The position numbers and the translations under genes are program-made. From an uncultured Opitutales bacterium (GTDB taxonomy: Bacteria > Verrucomicrobiota > Verrucomicrobiia > Opitutales > CAZQIE01), in the NCBI GenBank assembly GCA_964593675.1, contig CAZQIE010000004.1:7267-71266 (forward strand): a stretch of 64,000 bases of DNA, given 5' to 3'. Of this stretch, positions 1 to 13,823 are shown piece by piece (position 1 is the first letter of the stretch; every line of letters starts with the position of its first letter). The notes below the pieces were generated by a model that was given only the letters and a program-made list of their open reading frames with translations, made no database searches and was not told the DNA's origin.

Positions 1-2
1 TC

Positions 3-2246
<2,244 letters not shown>

Positions 2247-2308
2247 CGCCACCACCAGCCGGCGCGCCTCCCGCGCCCCCGGCCCCTCCCTCAACCTCCT
2301 TTTCATCC

Positions 2309-4813
<2,505 letters not shown>

Positions 4814-4834
4814 CGCACGCTGACCAACCCATTC

Positions 4835-4866
4835 AAAGGCGGCCCCGCAACGGGCCGCCTTTTTTT
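4835..4866 (+). terminator. Rho-independent terminator of the gyrBA operon
   Basis: Stem aaaggcggccc / gggccgccttt with a short loop, followed by a run of six T's, about 20 nt after the gyrA stop. Confidence 0.85.
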
Positions 4867-4914
4867 GTCCCGTGCCCGAAGCAACCACCCGCGGCACAGC
4901 GAAGCCACAACCCC

Positions 4915-4960
4915 CCCCGTGCAGTTCACAGGATCGGGGCCACGCTCCGCGTGGTTCAGG
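4915..4960 (+). repeat. Degenerate solo copy of the dispersed ATCGGCCCACGCCGTGCG-family repeat
   Basis: ccccgtgcagttcacaggatcggggccacgctccgcgtggttcagg aligns by eye with the unit cccgtgcagcccaccagaatcggcccacgccgtgcgtgg seen at 24.0, 31.7 and 39.9 kb. Confidence 0.35.
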
Positions 4961-5087
4961 CTTAACAAAGCGCTGACGCCCGTTATGCTGCCCGGAGCAC
5001 AGGATGCCGCCCCTAGGCCGTATCTGAAACATAAGTATCAGCGCAGCAGCGGCTTGCATTGCAAGCTCCCTGTCGTTTCCCTTGCCA

Positions 5088-6281
5088 ATGTTCACCTTTT
5101 CCCGCAAAGCCAAAAACAGCATCCTGCAACGCTGCCAGGACGACGAGACCACGCGCATGCGGCTCCGTTATCGGCCGTATTACCACACCTTTGAGCGCCA
5201 GCAAGGCTCGCGCGTTTGGCTCGACGGCAAAGAAATGGTGATGCTCAGCAGCAACAATTACCTCGGGCTCTGCCATCACCCCAAAGTCATTGAAGCCGGC
5301 AAACGCGCCCTCGACCAATGGGGCAGCAGCCCCACCGGCGCGCGCCTGGCTAACGGCAGCCGCGCCTACCACCAGCGCCTTGAAGAAAAGCTCGCCGCGT
5401 TCGTGGGCAAAGAAGCCTGCCACATCAGCGTCGCCGGCTACATCTCCTGCATGTCCTCCGTCGAGCCCTTCGCCCAGCGCGGCGACGTCGTCGTGGCCGA
5501 CAAGACCCTCCACTCCTCCCTTTGGGCCGGCATTGGCCTCACCCAGGCCCGCGTCGAGCGCTTCGCCCACAACAACCCCGAAAACCTCCGCGAAGTCCTC
5601 TCCTTCGAAAAGCCCGAGACCGCGAAGATCCTCGTCTTCGAAGGCGTGTACTCCATGGAAGGCCACGTCGCGAAGATCCCCGAACTCCTGCAGGCAGCCG
5701 AAGGCCAAAACTGCTTCCTCGTCATGGACGACGCCCATGGCTTCGGAGTCATGGGACCCGGCGGCCGCGGCACGGCCGCACATTTTGAGGCCACCGACGA
5801 AATCGACATCCTCGTAGGCAGCTTCTCCAAGTCCCTCGCCAGCACCGGCGGCTGGCTTGCCGCCTCCAAAGACGTCGTCGAATACCTGCGCACGCACTCC
5901 AAGCAGACGATCTTCAGTGCCGCCCTCAGCCCCTGCCAGGCCGCCTGCGCCGAAGCCGCGCTCGACGTCCTCCAGACCGAGCCCGAGCACCACGCGCGCC
6001 TCTGGGAAAACACCCGCAAGTACAAGCAGATCCTCGCCGACCTCAAGCTCGACACCTGGGGCAGTGAAACCCCCGCCGTGCCCATCGTCCTCGGCTCAAA
6101 AGAACGCGCCTACTTCTTCTGGCGCACCCTCCTCGAACGCGGCGTCTTTGCCACCATGTCCATGGCCCCCGCCGTGCCTCCGGGCAAGGACCTCATCCGC
6201 ACCGCCATCTCTGCAAGCCACACCCCCGAAGACCTCGAAAAAATCGCCGAAGCCATGGCCTTCGCCGCCCGCAGGCTGTAG
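5088..6281 (+). CDS. PLP-dependent alpha-oxoamine synthase, serine palmitoyltransferase-like
   Basis: The track ORF starts at TTG 5082; the first ATG is at 5088. Motifs: SSNNYLGL, VFEGVYSMEG, MDDAHGFG, PLP-lysine GSFSKS, C-terminal IRTAISASHT. The EGVYSM and GxFSKS variants resemble Spt more than BioF or Kbl. Confidence 0.8.
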   Translation: MFTFSRKAKNSILQRCQDDETTRMRLRYRPYYHTFERQQGSRVWLDGKEMVMLSSNNYLGLCHHPKVIEAGKRALDQWGSSPTGARLANGSRAYHQRLEEKLAAFVGKEACHISVAGYISCMSSVEPFAQRGDVVVADKTLHSSLWAGIGLTQARVERFAHNNPENLREVLSFEKPETAKILVFEGVYSMEGHVAKIPELLQAAEGQNCFLVMDDAHGFGVMGPGGRGTAAHFEATDEIDILVGSFSKSLASTGGWLAASKDVVEYLRTHSKQTIFSAALSPCQAACAEAALDVLQTEPEHHARLWENTRKYKQILADLKLDTWGSETPAVPIVLGSKERAYFFWRTLLERGVFATMSMAPAVPPGKDLIRTAISASHTPEDLEKIAEAMAFAARRL

Positions 6282-6375
6282 GCACATCCGCCCAAGCTCG
6301 CCCCGCGGTGGGTAGAAAACCACGGCTCTGTCCCAACCGTGTTTCCCCGGATGACGCCGCCGTCGGCTCTGCCGG

Positions 6376-7620
6376 TTATTCCAGCTCCACGTACGCCTCT
6401 TCAGGAAGCGGCTCGTGGTGGCGCACCCTCCGCGCCGCGCCCGTGCGCAACGGGTACCGGAATTCCTTCCCCTCGTAATTGCGCATGATCACCTCCGACT
6501 CCGTGATCTCCTTCACATAGTCCGGGTTGATCGGCACCTTCCCGCCCCCGCCCGGCGCGTCGATCACGAACTGCGGGATCGCGTAGCCCGTCGTGTGCCC
6601 GCGCAGCGCCCGGATAATCTCGATCCCCTTGCGCACATCCGCCCGCAAGTGCGCGCTCCCCGTGATCAGGTCGCACTGATACAAATAGTAAGGACGCACC
6701 CGCATCTGAAGCAGCCGGTGGATCAGCGACTTCATCGTCTCCGCGTCATCATTCACACCCCGCAGCAACACCGACTGGTTACCCAACGGCACCCCCGCAA
6801 ACGACAGCCGCTCCAGTGCCTCACGCACCTCCTGCGTCGCCTCCCTCGGGTGGTTCATGTGGATGCTCATCCACAGCGGCCCGTGCTTCCGGATAACCTC
6901 GCACAGCCCCGGCGTGATCCGCTGCGGCAGGAAAACCGGAATCCTTGACCCGATCCGGATAAACTCCACGTGCGGAATCGCCCTCAGCCGCCCCAGCAGG
7001 TAATCCAGCTTGTGGTCCGACAGCAACAGCGGGTCGCCCCCGCTCAACAGCACATCCCGCACCTCCTCGTGCTTCTCGATGTATTGCAGGCCCCGTTCAA
7101 ACTCGGGGTGGAAATTGTAATCCTGCGCGTTCGATACCAGCCGGCTCCGCGTGCAATACCGGCAGTAGGACGCACACCGGTCCGTCACCAAAAACAAAAC
7201 GCGGTCCGGGTACCGGTGCACCAGCCCCTCCACAGGCATCGTCCGCTCCTCGCCCACCGGGTCCATCATCTCCCCCGGCGTCACCGACAACTCCTCCGCC
7301 CGCGGAATCACCTGCCGCCGGATCGGACACTCCGGGTTCCCGCGGTCGATCAAATTGAAAAAATAAGGCGTGATCGCCAACGCCAGCTTCCGGTTCGCGG
7401 ACTGGCATCCCAGCCGCTCCTCCGCCGTCAGCTCCATGTGCCGCTCGAGCTGCTCCAGCGTCGTGATCCGGTTCTGCAGTTGCCAAATCCAGCTATGCCA
7501 TTGGTCTGCCGCTACGTCCGCCCAGAGGCCTTGGCCGCTGTGCCACGTCGAAGGGTGGTCTTTCGGATACATTGCTATTTGGTGGCAACGGGGCAGGCGG
7601 GTCTGCGCAAAAAACCCCAT
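6376..7620 (-). CDS. kamA: Lysine 2,3-aminomutase (radical SAM)
   Basis: CASYCRYCTRS radical-SAM cluster motif, HRYPDRVLFLVT, SGGDPLL, RPYYLYQCD and DAPGGGGK are collinear with KamA. About 400 aa, which is KamA-sized rather than EpmB-sized. An alternative ATG start lies at 7572. Confidence 0.9.
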   Translation of the reverse strand: MGFFAQTRLPRCHQIAMYPKDHPSTWHSGQGLWADVAADQWHSWIWQLQNRITTLEQLERHMELTAEERLGCQSANRKLALAITPYFFNLIDRGNPECPIRRQVIPRAEELSVTPGEMMDPVGEERTMPVEGLVHRYPDRVLFLVTDRCASYCRYCTRSRLVSNAQDYNFHPEFERGLQYIEKHEEVRDVLLSGGDPLLLSDHKLDYLLGRLRAIPHVEFIRIGSRIPVFLPQRITPGLCEVIRKHGPLWMSIHMNHPREATQEVREALERLSFAGVPLGNQSVLLRGVNDDAETMKSLIHRLLQMRVRPYYLYQCDLITGSAHLRADVRKGIEIIRALRGHTTGYAIPQFVIDAPGGGGKVPINPDYVKEITESEVIMRNYEGKEFRYPLRTGAARRVRHHEPLPEEAYVELE

Positions 7621-7906
7621 TACGACTTACGGTCATTTGGCTCGGCTCTTAAGACCTTTCGGACCTTTCCCCGACCCCAAAACCGCGGGGTTAGAACGCC
7701 AGACTGTACATTGATGTATTTAAAACTGTCAATAGGTTGACTCAACTTCGCCGGAAGTCTACACGCTCCTCCAACCTTCCGGAAACGCCTCCGAAACCAC
7801 CCCCCTACATGCCCGCGTCCCACCTCCGCTTTGCCTACAATCACCCGCCCTCCGGCATCCAGGCGGCGGCAGGGCAGGGGACCTCCCATACCGCCCGCTG
7901 TACCCC

Positions 7907-8272
7907 ATGAAACGCGCAGGCTCCAACGACCTCGCAAAACAGCTTTGGGCGCTCGGAGACCCCGTGCGCCTCAACATCCTGCAACTCCTCCCCCAGTCCC
8001 CAAACTGCGAGCACGGCAACAACGTCTCCGAACTCGCCGAAATGCTCGGCCTGTCCCAGCCCACCATCTCCCACCACCTTCGCGTCCTCCGCCAAGCCGG
8101 CTTCATCCACGGCCGCAAAATGTGCCGCGACTGCTTCTATTGGATAGACGGCGAACAAAGCCAGGCCGTCCTCGACGCCCTTCGCGCCATCCTCCTCACC
8201 ACCCCCAACCGACCTCCCTCCCGCAAAAAGGCCCCGGCACCTAAGAACGCCCCGGCCCGCCCCCCTAAGTAG
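7907..8272 (+). CDS. ArsR/SmtB-family transcriptional regulator
   Basis: [13 protein letters not shown] ... [28 protein letters not shown] is a winged-helix ArsR signature. 121 aa. Confidence 0.85.
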   Translation: MKRAGSNDLAKQLWALGDPVRLNILQLLPQSPNCEHGNNVSELAEMLGLSQPTISHHLRVLRQAGFIHGRKMCRDCFYWIDGEQSQAVLDALRAILLTTPNRPPSRKKAPAPKNAPARPPK

Positions 8273-8447
8273 CCCACGCCACCCCCTGCGCCCACTTCCG
8301 GGGACTTTTTACCCCGCGCCGTCCGGGGGCGCCGCCGCTCGGGGCAAGCGGCATCTTGAAGTAAACCGCCCTAGGGCCAAAAAGGAACACTTTGGCGTCA
8401 ACATTTCGTTTGCACCGCCAAGAACGCCTCCCATATTTGCAGGCGCC

Positions 8448-9605
8448 ATGTCGAACGTGAAAACAGGAGTGCTCGCTCTCGAAGACGGCAGCGTCTTCCG
8501 GGGACCCGCATTTGGTGCGGCTAAAACCGTCGTCGGCGAAGCCGTCTTCAACACCAGCATGACGGGGTATCAAGAGATCCTGACCGACCCCTCCTACTAC
8601 GCGCAGATCGTCACCATGACTGCGCCCCAGATCGGCAACTACGGGATCAACCCCCTCGACGCCGAGTCCGACAGCCCCAAAGTCGCCGGCTTTGTCGTCC
8701 GCGAACTCAGCCCAGTCGTCAGCAACTGGCGCAGCCAGGAGGACCTCGACTCCTACCTCAAGCGCTACAACATCCCCGGCATCCAAGGCGTTGACACCCG
8801 CGCCATCACCAAGAAGCTCCGCGTCGTCGGCGCGCTCAAGTCCTGCCTCAGCACCGAAAACATTTCTGACGAAGAAGCCGTCCGCCGCGCCCGTGAGTGG
8901 CCCGGCCTCGTCGGCGTCGACTACGTCAAGGAAGTCACCTGCCGCAAGCCCTACTCATTCAGCGCACCGGCCCAGGAAATCGTCCCCTTCACCGTCGTCG
9001 GCACCCAGCTCCGCCAGCCCCGCGTAGAAAACCGCATCTTCAAAGTCGTCGCCTACGACTTCGGCGCCAAGCTCTCCATCTTCCGCAAGCTCCGCTACCA
9101 CGGCTTCGACGTCACCGTCGTCCCCGCGGACACCCCGGCCGACGCCGTCAAGGCCCTCAAGCCTGACGCACTCTTCCTCTCCAACGGCCCCGGCGACCCC
9201 GCCGCCCTCCAGTACGCCCACACCGCCGTCCGCGAGCTCATCAAGCACTACCCGACCTTCGGCATCTGCCTCGGCCACCAGATCATCACCCACGCGATCG
9301 GTGCCAAGACCTTCAAGCTCAAGTTCGGCCACCGCGGTGGCAACCAGCCCGTCAAGAATATCGAGACCGGCGTGGTGTCCATCACCGCGCAAAACCACGG
9401 CTTCGCCTCCATGCCCGAGGAAGTCGAAAAGTGCGGCGCCGTCGTCACGGAGATCAACCTCAACGACAACACCGTCGAAGGCCTCCGCCACAAGTCGCTG
9501 CCCGTCTTCTCCGTGCAGTACCACCCCGAAGCCGCCCCCGGCCCCAACGACGCCGACCCGCTCTTCGAAGCCTTCTACGACATGGTCGCCAAGACCCGGC
9601 GGTAA
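8448..9605 (+). CDS. carA: Carbamoyl-phosphate synthase small (glutaminase) subunit
   Basis: N-terminus [26 protein letters not shown], and the class I amidotransferase triad region GICLGHQ ... VQYHPEA. Confidence 0.95.
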   Translation: MSNVKTGVLALEDGSVFRGPAFGAAKTVVGEAVFNTSMTGYQEILTDPSYYAQIVTMTAPQIGNYGINPLDAESDSPKVAGFVVRELSPVVSNWRSQEDLDSYLKRYNIPGIQGVDTRAITKKLRVVGALKSCLSTENISDEEAVRRAREWPGLVGVDYVKEVTCRKPYSFSAPAQEIVPFTVVGTQLRQPRVENRIFKVVAYDFGAKLSIFRKLRYHGFDVTVVPADTPADAVKALKPDALFLSNGPGDPAALQYAHTAVRELIKHYPTFGICLGHQIITHAIGAKTFKLKFGHRGGNQPVKNIETGVVSITAQNHGFASMPEEVEKCGAVVTEINLNDNTVEGLRHKSLPVFSVQYHPEAAPGPNDADPLFEAFYDMVAKTRR

Positions 9606-9616
9606 GCCGCTTCACC

Positions 9617-10237
9617 ATGGCGGCCGTCCCAATCAGGGCTGTAACTTCAGGCGCGGGCAAAATCCGCGCCTTTTGTTTGGCCTGCCTCCTCGCGCTCACC
9701 CTCTCCACCACGCTCCTCGCCGAGCCCGTCCCTGAGCGCCGCCTCTACCGGCCCCCCGACCGCTCCTTCACCTTCGAAATCCCCGAAGACTGGGTAGCCG
9801 CCCCTCACCCCGAGGAACCCCTCCCCGTCGTTTACGGCCCCCAACACCCCCGCTTCACCCCCACCATCACCCTCGTCGTCACCGACAAGGCCCCAGGCAC
9901 CTTTTTCGACTTCGTCGACGCCTCCGAACGCGACCTCAAGGAGTCCGGCGCCTTCAACGTCGGCCGCCACGCCATCTTCCTCACCCGCGACGGCCTCCCC
10001 GCGGTAAAACTCTCCGCCAAAGTCTTTGTCGACGACTGGCTCTACCGCCAGTTTTTCTACTTCTTCTCGGGACCCGGCTCTCGCCGCTACATCGCCATCG
10101 CCTGCTGCGGCGAGGAAGAAGCCCGCAACCTTGAGCCCCTCTTTGACGCCGCCCTCCGCTCCTGGCGCCTCACGCCCCCTCCCGCCAAGGACACCCCGGA
10201 CAAGCCCAAAACCCAGCCCCCCCCACGCCGCCGGTAG
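9617..10237 (+). CDS. Hypothetical secreted protein (possibly PsbP/DcrB-like fold)
   Basis: Internal ATG at 9617 directly after carA. Signal-peptide-like FCLACLLALTLSTTLLAEP. The upstream part of the track ORF overlaps carA and is R/P-rich junk. No diagnostic motif. Confidence 0.55.
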   Translation: MAAVPIRAVTSGAGKIRAFCLACLLALTLSTTLLAEPVPERRLYRPPDRSFTFEIPEDWVAAPHPEEPLPVVYGPQHPRFTPTITLVVTDKAPGTFFDFVDASERDLKESGAFNVGRHAIFLTRDGLPAVKLSAKVFVDDWLYRQFFYFFSGPGSRRYIAIACCGEEEARNLEPLFDAALRSWRLTPPPAKDTPDKPKTQPPPRRR

Positions 10238-10343
10238 GCCCAGGCGTCCTGCCTGTGTCATTCAGAAAGCTGCAACGCGGGCATGATCATGCGCTTTCTG
10301 CGCAATTCTGGTAACGCCCCCGCCTGACGTATTCATTTTCGCA

Positions 10344-11780
10344 CTACGCCAGGCCGAGCGTCCGCAACGAGCCCAAAAGCTGGCCCGTAAGCCCCAGGCC
10401 CATCTGCGAGTATACCCGATAGTCGGACCGCTGCAACGCCTCGCCCCCCTTGTTGCTCTGCGCCACCCCGCGCAAGAACCCGTCCTGCGAGAAATACGGC
10501 TGAAGCCCCTTCCAGGCCCGCACCGCCGCATCGCCAAGGTTCGGATCCGGCACAAGCAGCCCGCTCTGGTAAGCAATAGCCATCGCCGCCGCGATACCCG
10601 CCGAAGCCGACGTATCCGGCTCCAGTTCCTGCGCATCCAGAAAACACGGCCACAGCCCCGCCTCGTTCTGTGCCTTGAGGAGCACATCAAACATGCACCG
10701 CAGGTTATCCAGCAGGGTGGGGGGCCTCTCCGGCGCCGCAAACTCCAGCAGCGTCCGGACCGTCCCCAGCGTCAGCCAGCACGCCCCGCGCGCCCAGTTT
10801 GTGAACGTTCTGCGCCCGTCCGCGTAATGGCGCAGGTGGAACGCCGCTCCCGTAAACAGCTTTGCATGCCGCAGCGCGATCTGCTCCAGCGCCGCGTCCT
10901 GAAGCGCCCCCAGCTTCCGCACCCGACCGATCACCGCCATCGGGTATGCGATTGTATACGCACCCTCGCAGCTCAGTTCATAAAAGTCCTGCACCGTCCC
11001 CGTCGCGCTCCGCCTGCTGTTCCAAAACTCGAGCGCGAGGTCGATGGACGGGTGCGCCGCGTCCAGCCGCGCCAGGATCGCAAACGGCAGCGTTCCCTCG
11101 ATCCCGTAGATCGTGTTGTCCGCCGGTGCGCTCACGTGGTTCTCGTAAACCAGCCGCGGGCCTTGGAAATACAGCCCCAGATGCGCCTGCAGCGCCTCCT
11201 CAGCCCCCGGGAAGCCTGCCGTATCCAGGGACTGGATACCGTCCAGCACGCAGCCTTCCTTCCACCCAAACTGTTGCGCCGAAGCCAGGCTGCACAGTGC
11301 TCCTGCCGCGCTTTCGGCATGCTCGCCCGGCTGTGCCGCGTCAACCCGCAACAGCGGAAGAAGCGGCTCAAAGCCCGCCCGCTTCTGCGGGTCCGACCCG
11401 ATCAACCAAAGCCCGCTCGTCCCCTTTTCCAGCCGCAGCCGCAGCCCTTGACGCCGCATCTCCCCGCGCCGTGCGGCCGGAATCCGCGCCTCGAAAAACT
11501 GGAGCATGTCGGCATACCGTACGTCCAGGTCCGCGACCCGCTCCCCGCTCTCCGCAAGCGTCACTGCCACCCGCTTCTCCTCGCGGTCATCAACAGCCAC
11601 CGTCACCCGCAGGATGACATCCGACCCCGCTTCCGGGAGCGACGGCCAGTGCAGCACGAGGCCCACAGCCTCTGCCGGAGCAAGCCCGGCAGCCGCCAGG
11701 TTGAAGGGCATACGTTTGCCCTCAGGCACGCTAGGCCCGGAAGGCGTGGCAATTTCCGCAGGGTGGTACGGCGCCGTCAT
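10344..11780 (-). CDS. Glycoside hydrolase family 88/105-like (unsaturated uronyl hydrolase) with an N-terminal extension
   Basis: The C-terminal (alpha/alpha)6-type region has WARGACWLTLG and PDTSASAGIAAAMAIAY, typical of GH88/GH105. The ATG at 11780 shares one base with the upstream stop (TGATG); a GTG at 11783 is an alternative start. Confidence 0.7.
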   Translation of the reverse strand: MTAPYHPAEIATPSGPSVPEGKRMPFNLAAAGLAPAEAVGLVLHWPSLPEAGSDVILRVTVAVDDREEKRVAVTLAESGERVADLDVRYADMLQFFEARIPAARRGEMRRQGLRLRLEKGTSGLWLIGSDPQKRAGFEPLLPLLRVDAAQPGEHAESAAGALCSLASAQQFGWKEGCVLDGIQSLDTAGFPGAEEALQAHLGLYFQGPRLVYENHVSAPADNTIYGIEGTLPFAILARLDAAHPSIDLALEFWNSRRSATGTVQDFYELSCEGAYTIAYPMAVIGRVRKLGALQDAALEQIALRHAKLFTGAAFHLRHYADGRRTFTNWARGACWLTLGTVRTLLEFAAPERPPTLLDNLRCMFDVLLKAQNEAGLWPCFLDAQELEPDTSASAGIAAAMAIAYQSGLLVPDPNLGDAAVRAWKGLQPYFSQDGFLRGVAQSNKGGEALQRSDYRVYSQMGLGLTGQLLGSLRTLGLA

Positions 11781-13495
11781 CACAGCGATTCAAGCACGCC
11801 GGCAACCGCGCTGTCGAGCCCCGGCACCGGAGGCTTGCCCGGCCAGTTCCAGTACGTGCCCCGGTAGAGCGTCGCGCAATCCGCACGTTCCTCCGGCAAC
11901 TTCCGGTAGCTCTCCCAAGCCGCGGCATACTGGCGGCCCAGCTCGCGCACGCGGTCAGCATCCACCGCCAAACCCTTCTTCTTCTTGTAGCCCGCGGCCA
12001 GGATCTCCCAGCCCAGCGCGACAATCGTGTACGTCCGCAGTCCATACTCCGCCGACGTCCTCAAAAAGGCGCTATCCGCGGCCTTCTTCAGGGTCACCTT
12101 TTGCGCCAGCGCCACCACGTCCTTCCACAGCGCCACAGCCTCTTGCTTCTCGGCCACCGCGGCATCGAGCGTGTTCCGTTCGAACAAGTGGTCAAACACC
12201 CAGCCCAGTTCGCTCCACCCGCCAAAATTCTCATCGCGCATCCACAAGCCTGTCGGAGGCCACCCGCCCTTCGACACCGCGAAATGCGCCGTGCAATACC
12301 GCCCCTTCAGCACCGCTTCGTTCGCTGTCAGGCACAGCTTGCGGAACGCCGCCGTCCCGGCCTCGTCCAGCCCCAGTTCCTCACGGGCATGCGCGCGGAA
12401 ATGCTCCTCCTCCGGCACCGACGGCTCACACGTCCACCGTGACAGGATGTCGATGCTCAGCCGCGGCCAAAACTCGTTCTTCAAATACGGGCCAAACCAG
12501 CCGCCCCCGCGGCTCCAGCTGTACACGCCCCGGAACAGCCCGCTCCTGGCGGCCAGGTGCCGGACGCCATCCCCCGTCCCCATTTCCGGGAAGCCCTCCA
12601 GCACGCCCGCTATCGGGTAATTCGGGTGCGCCCCCTTGCCCTCATACTCACGCTGGCACTGCACCTCCACGATCTGCGGGTGCCTGCCGATCCCGAGGCA
12701 CGGGTTGTTCTTGATGAACCGGAAAAAGTCCGCCGCCACATGCTTGATCGAGAACACCAGATTCTCATGCGGCTCCACGCGGTCCGTCACTGAAAGGTAG
12801 TAATCAGGCGCCGCGTGGAAGCGGTCCCCAAAGTAGTCCCACGTCCGGTGGATCAGCGTCCGGTTATGCCGCACGCAAACCTCTTCCCGAAGGAAGCGCA
12901 GCAAACGCATAAACTGGTCCATCTGCTTTTCACGCGGCAAATCTTCGTCGTGCATCGGCACCGCCGTGTTGCCCATGTGGTAAGGCGTGTCGAAAAGGTA
13001 ACTCTCGCCAACGCGCACGATCAGCCCGTCCAGCTCCGGGAAACGCGTGAACAGCTCCTCAAACAGCACCCGGTGCAACTCCAGCGTCCGTTCCGAGTTC
13101 AGATCGATCCGCCCCTTTTTGTCGCAGATCTTCTCCCTCTCCAGCTCCACCAGGCGCTTCGGCAGGATGAACAGGTCCACGTGGTAATACACCTTCAGAC
13201 CCGCCGCCTTCGCCGCCCGGATCTCCGCCTCACGCTCCTTCGTGAACCCCTCCAGCCACCGCGCCTCCTCCGACCCCTCCGGCCAGAGGTCCAGCCCCAA
13301 CGCGTCGAACCGCACCACCGAATTGATGTGCTTGAAGACCTGCCCCGTGTACCCTCGCGACGCCAGTTCCCGCGGATCTGTAAACTGGGTGTCGAACGGC
13401 GCTTCACCCGGGTTGTGGTGCACCATGTCCAGCACGAACGGGTAGACGGACTTGCGCGTGTTGCCCTTCATCTTCGGAGCCGTGGTCGTTGCCAT
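11780..13495 (-). CDS. Putative glycoside hydrolase (TIM-barrel, alpha-glucuronidase-like), function uncertain
   Basis: ATG at 13495, 571 aa, non-repetitive composition, translationally coupled to the GH88/105-like gene. VLDMVHHNPGE and QCQREYEGKGAHPNYP are reminiscent of glucuronidase-type catalytic domains. Family assignment is by eye only. Confidence 0.55.
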   Translation of the reverse strand: MATTTAPKMKGNTRKSVYPFVLDMVHHNPGEAPFDTQFTDPRELASRGYTGQVFKHINSVVRFDALGLDLWPEGSEEARWLEGFTKEREAEIRAAKAAGLKVYYHVDLFILPKRLVELEREKICDKKGRIDLNSERTLELHRVLFEELFTRFPELDGLIVRVGESYLFDTPYHMGNTAVPMHDEDLPREKQMDQFMRLLRFLREEVCVRHNRTLIHRTWDYFGDRFHAAPDYYLSVTDRVEPHENLVFSIKHVAADFFRFIKNNPCLGIGRHPQIVEVQCQREYEGKGAHPNYPIAGVLEGFPEMGTGDGVRHLAARSGLFRGVYSWSRGGGWFGPYLKNEFWPRLSIDILSRWTCEPSVPEEEHFRAHAREELGLDEAGTAAFRKLCLTANEAVLKGRYCTAHFAVSKGGWPPTGLWMRDENFGGWSELGWVFDHLFERNTLDAAVAEKQEAVALWKDVVALAQKVTLKKAADSAFLRTSAEYGLRTYTIVALGWEILAAGYKKKKGLAVDADRVRELGRQYAAAWESYRKLPEERADCATLYRGTYWNWPGKPPVPGLDSAVAGVLESL

Positions 13496-13684
13496 GCCCT
13501 CACCCTAACACACGTTCCCCCACCCAGACAGCCTCTTTACTCCTAGACACGTAAAGCAAACGCCACCCCCGGCACTCCTCTGCACCCGCCATCAGTCTGG
13601 CGTTTTCCGGCCACTCCCAAATTAAGGACCGCCCCAACGCGCAGGCCCCAAGGCCCCCAGCCTCTCGCAAGCGCAATCAACCCC

Positions 13685-13712
13685 AATCAGGGTCCCACGG
13701 CGTGTGGTTCAG
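13685..13712 (+). repeat. Degenerate solo copy of the ATCGGCCCACGCCGTGCG-family repeat
   Basis: aatcagggtcccacggcgtgtggttcag aligns with the 4937-4960 copy and with the core of the family. Intergenic. Confidence 0.3.
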
Positions 13713-13823
13713 AAAAAAGAGTTTGGCCCGCCCGCACTCCCTCGCCTATGACATACCCACCAATCAGGGGCACCGTTGGTTTTGCCTTGTTCCGGCGCCG
13801 CGGCCCTCTTTCCCTTCAATCCC

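Noticed and set aside
10263-10300. A composite inverted repeat, cagaaagc ... gctttctg, enclosing the perfect 12-bp palindrome gcatgatcatgc, between convergent genes.
   Set aside because: The arms are separated by an asymmetric 10-nt bulge and there is no U-tract on either strand. It may be a weak terminator or a protein site, but the evidence is too thin to call.
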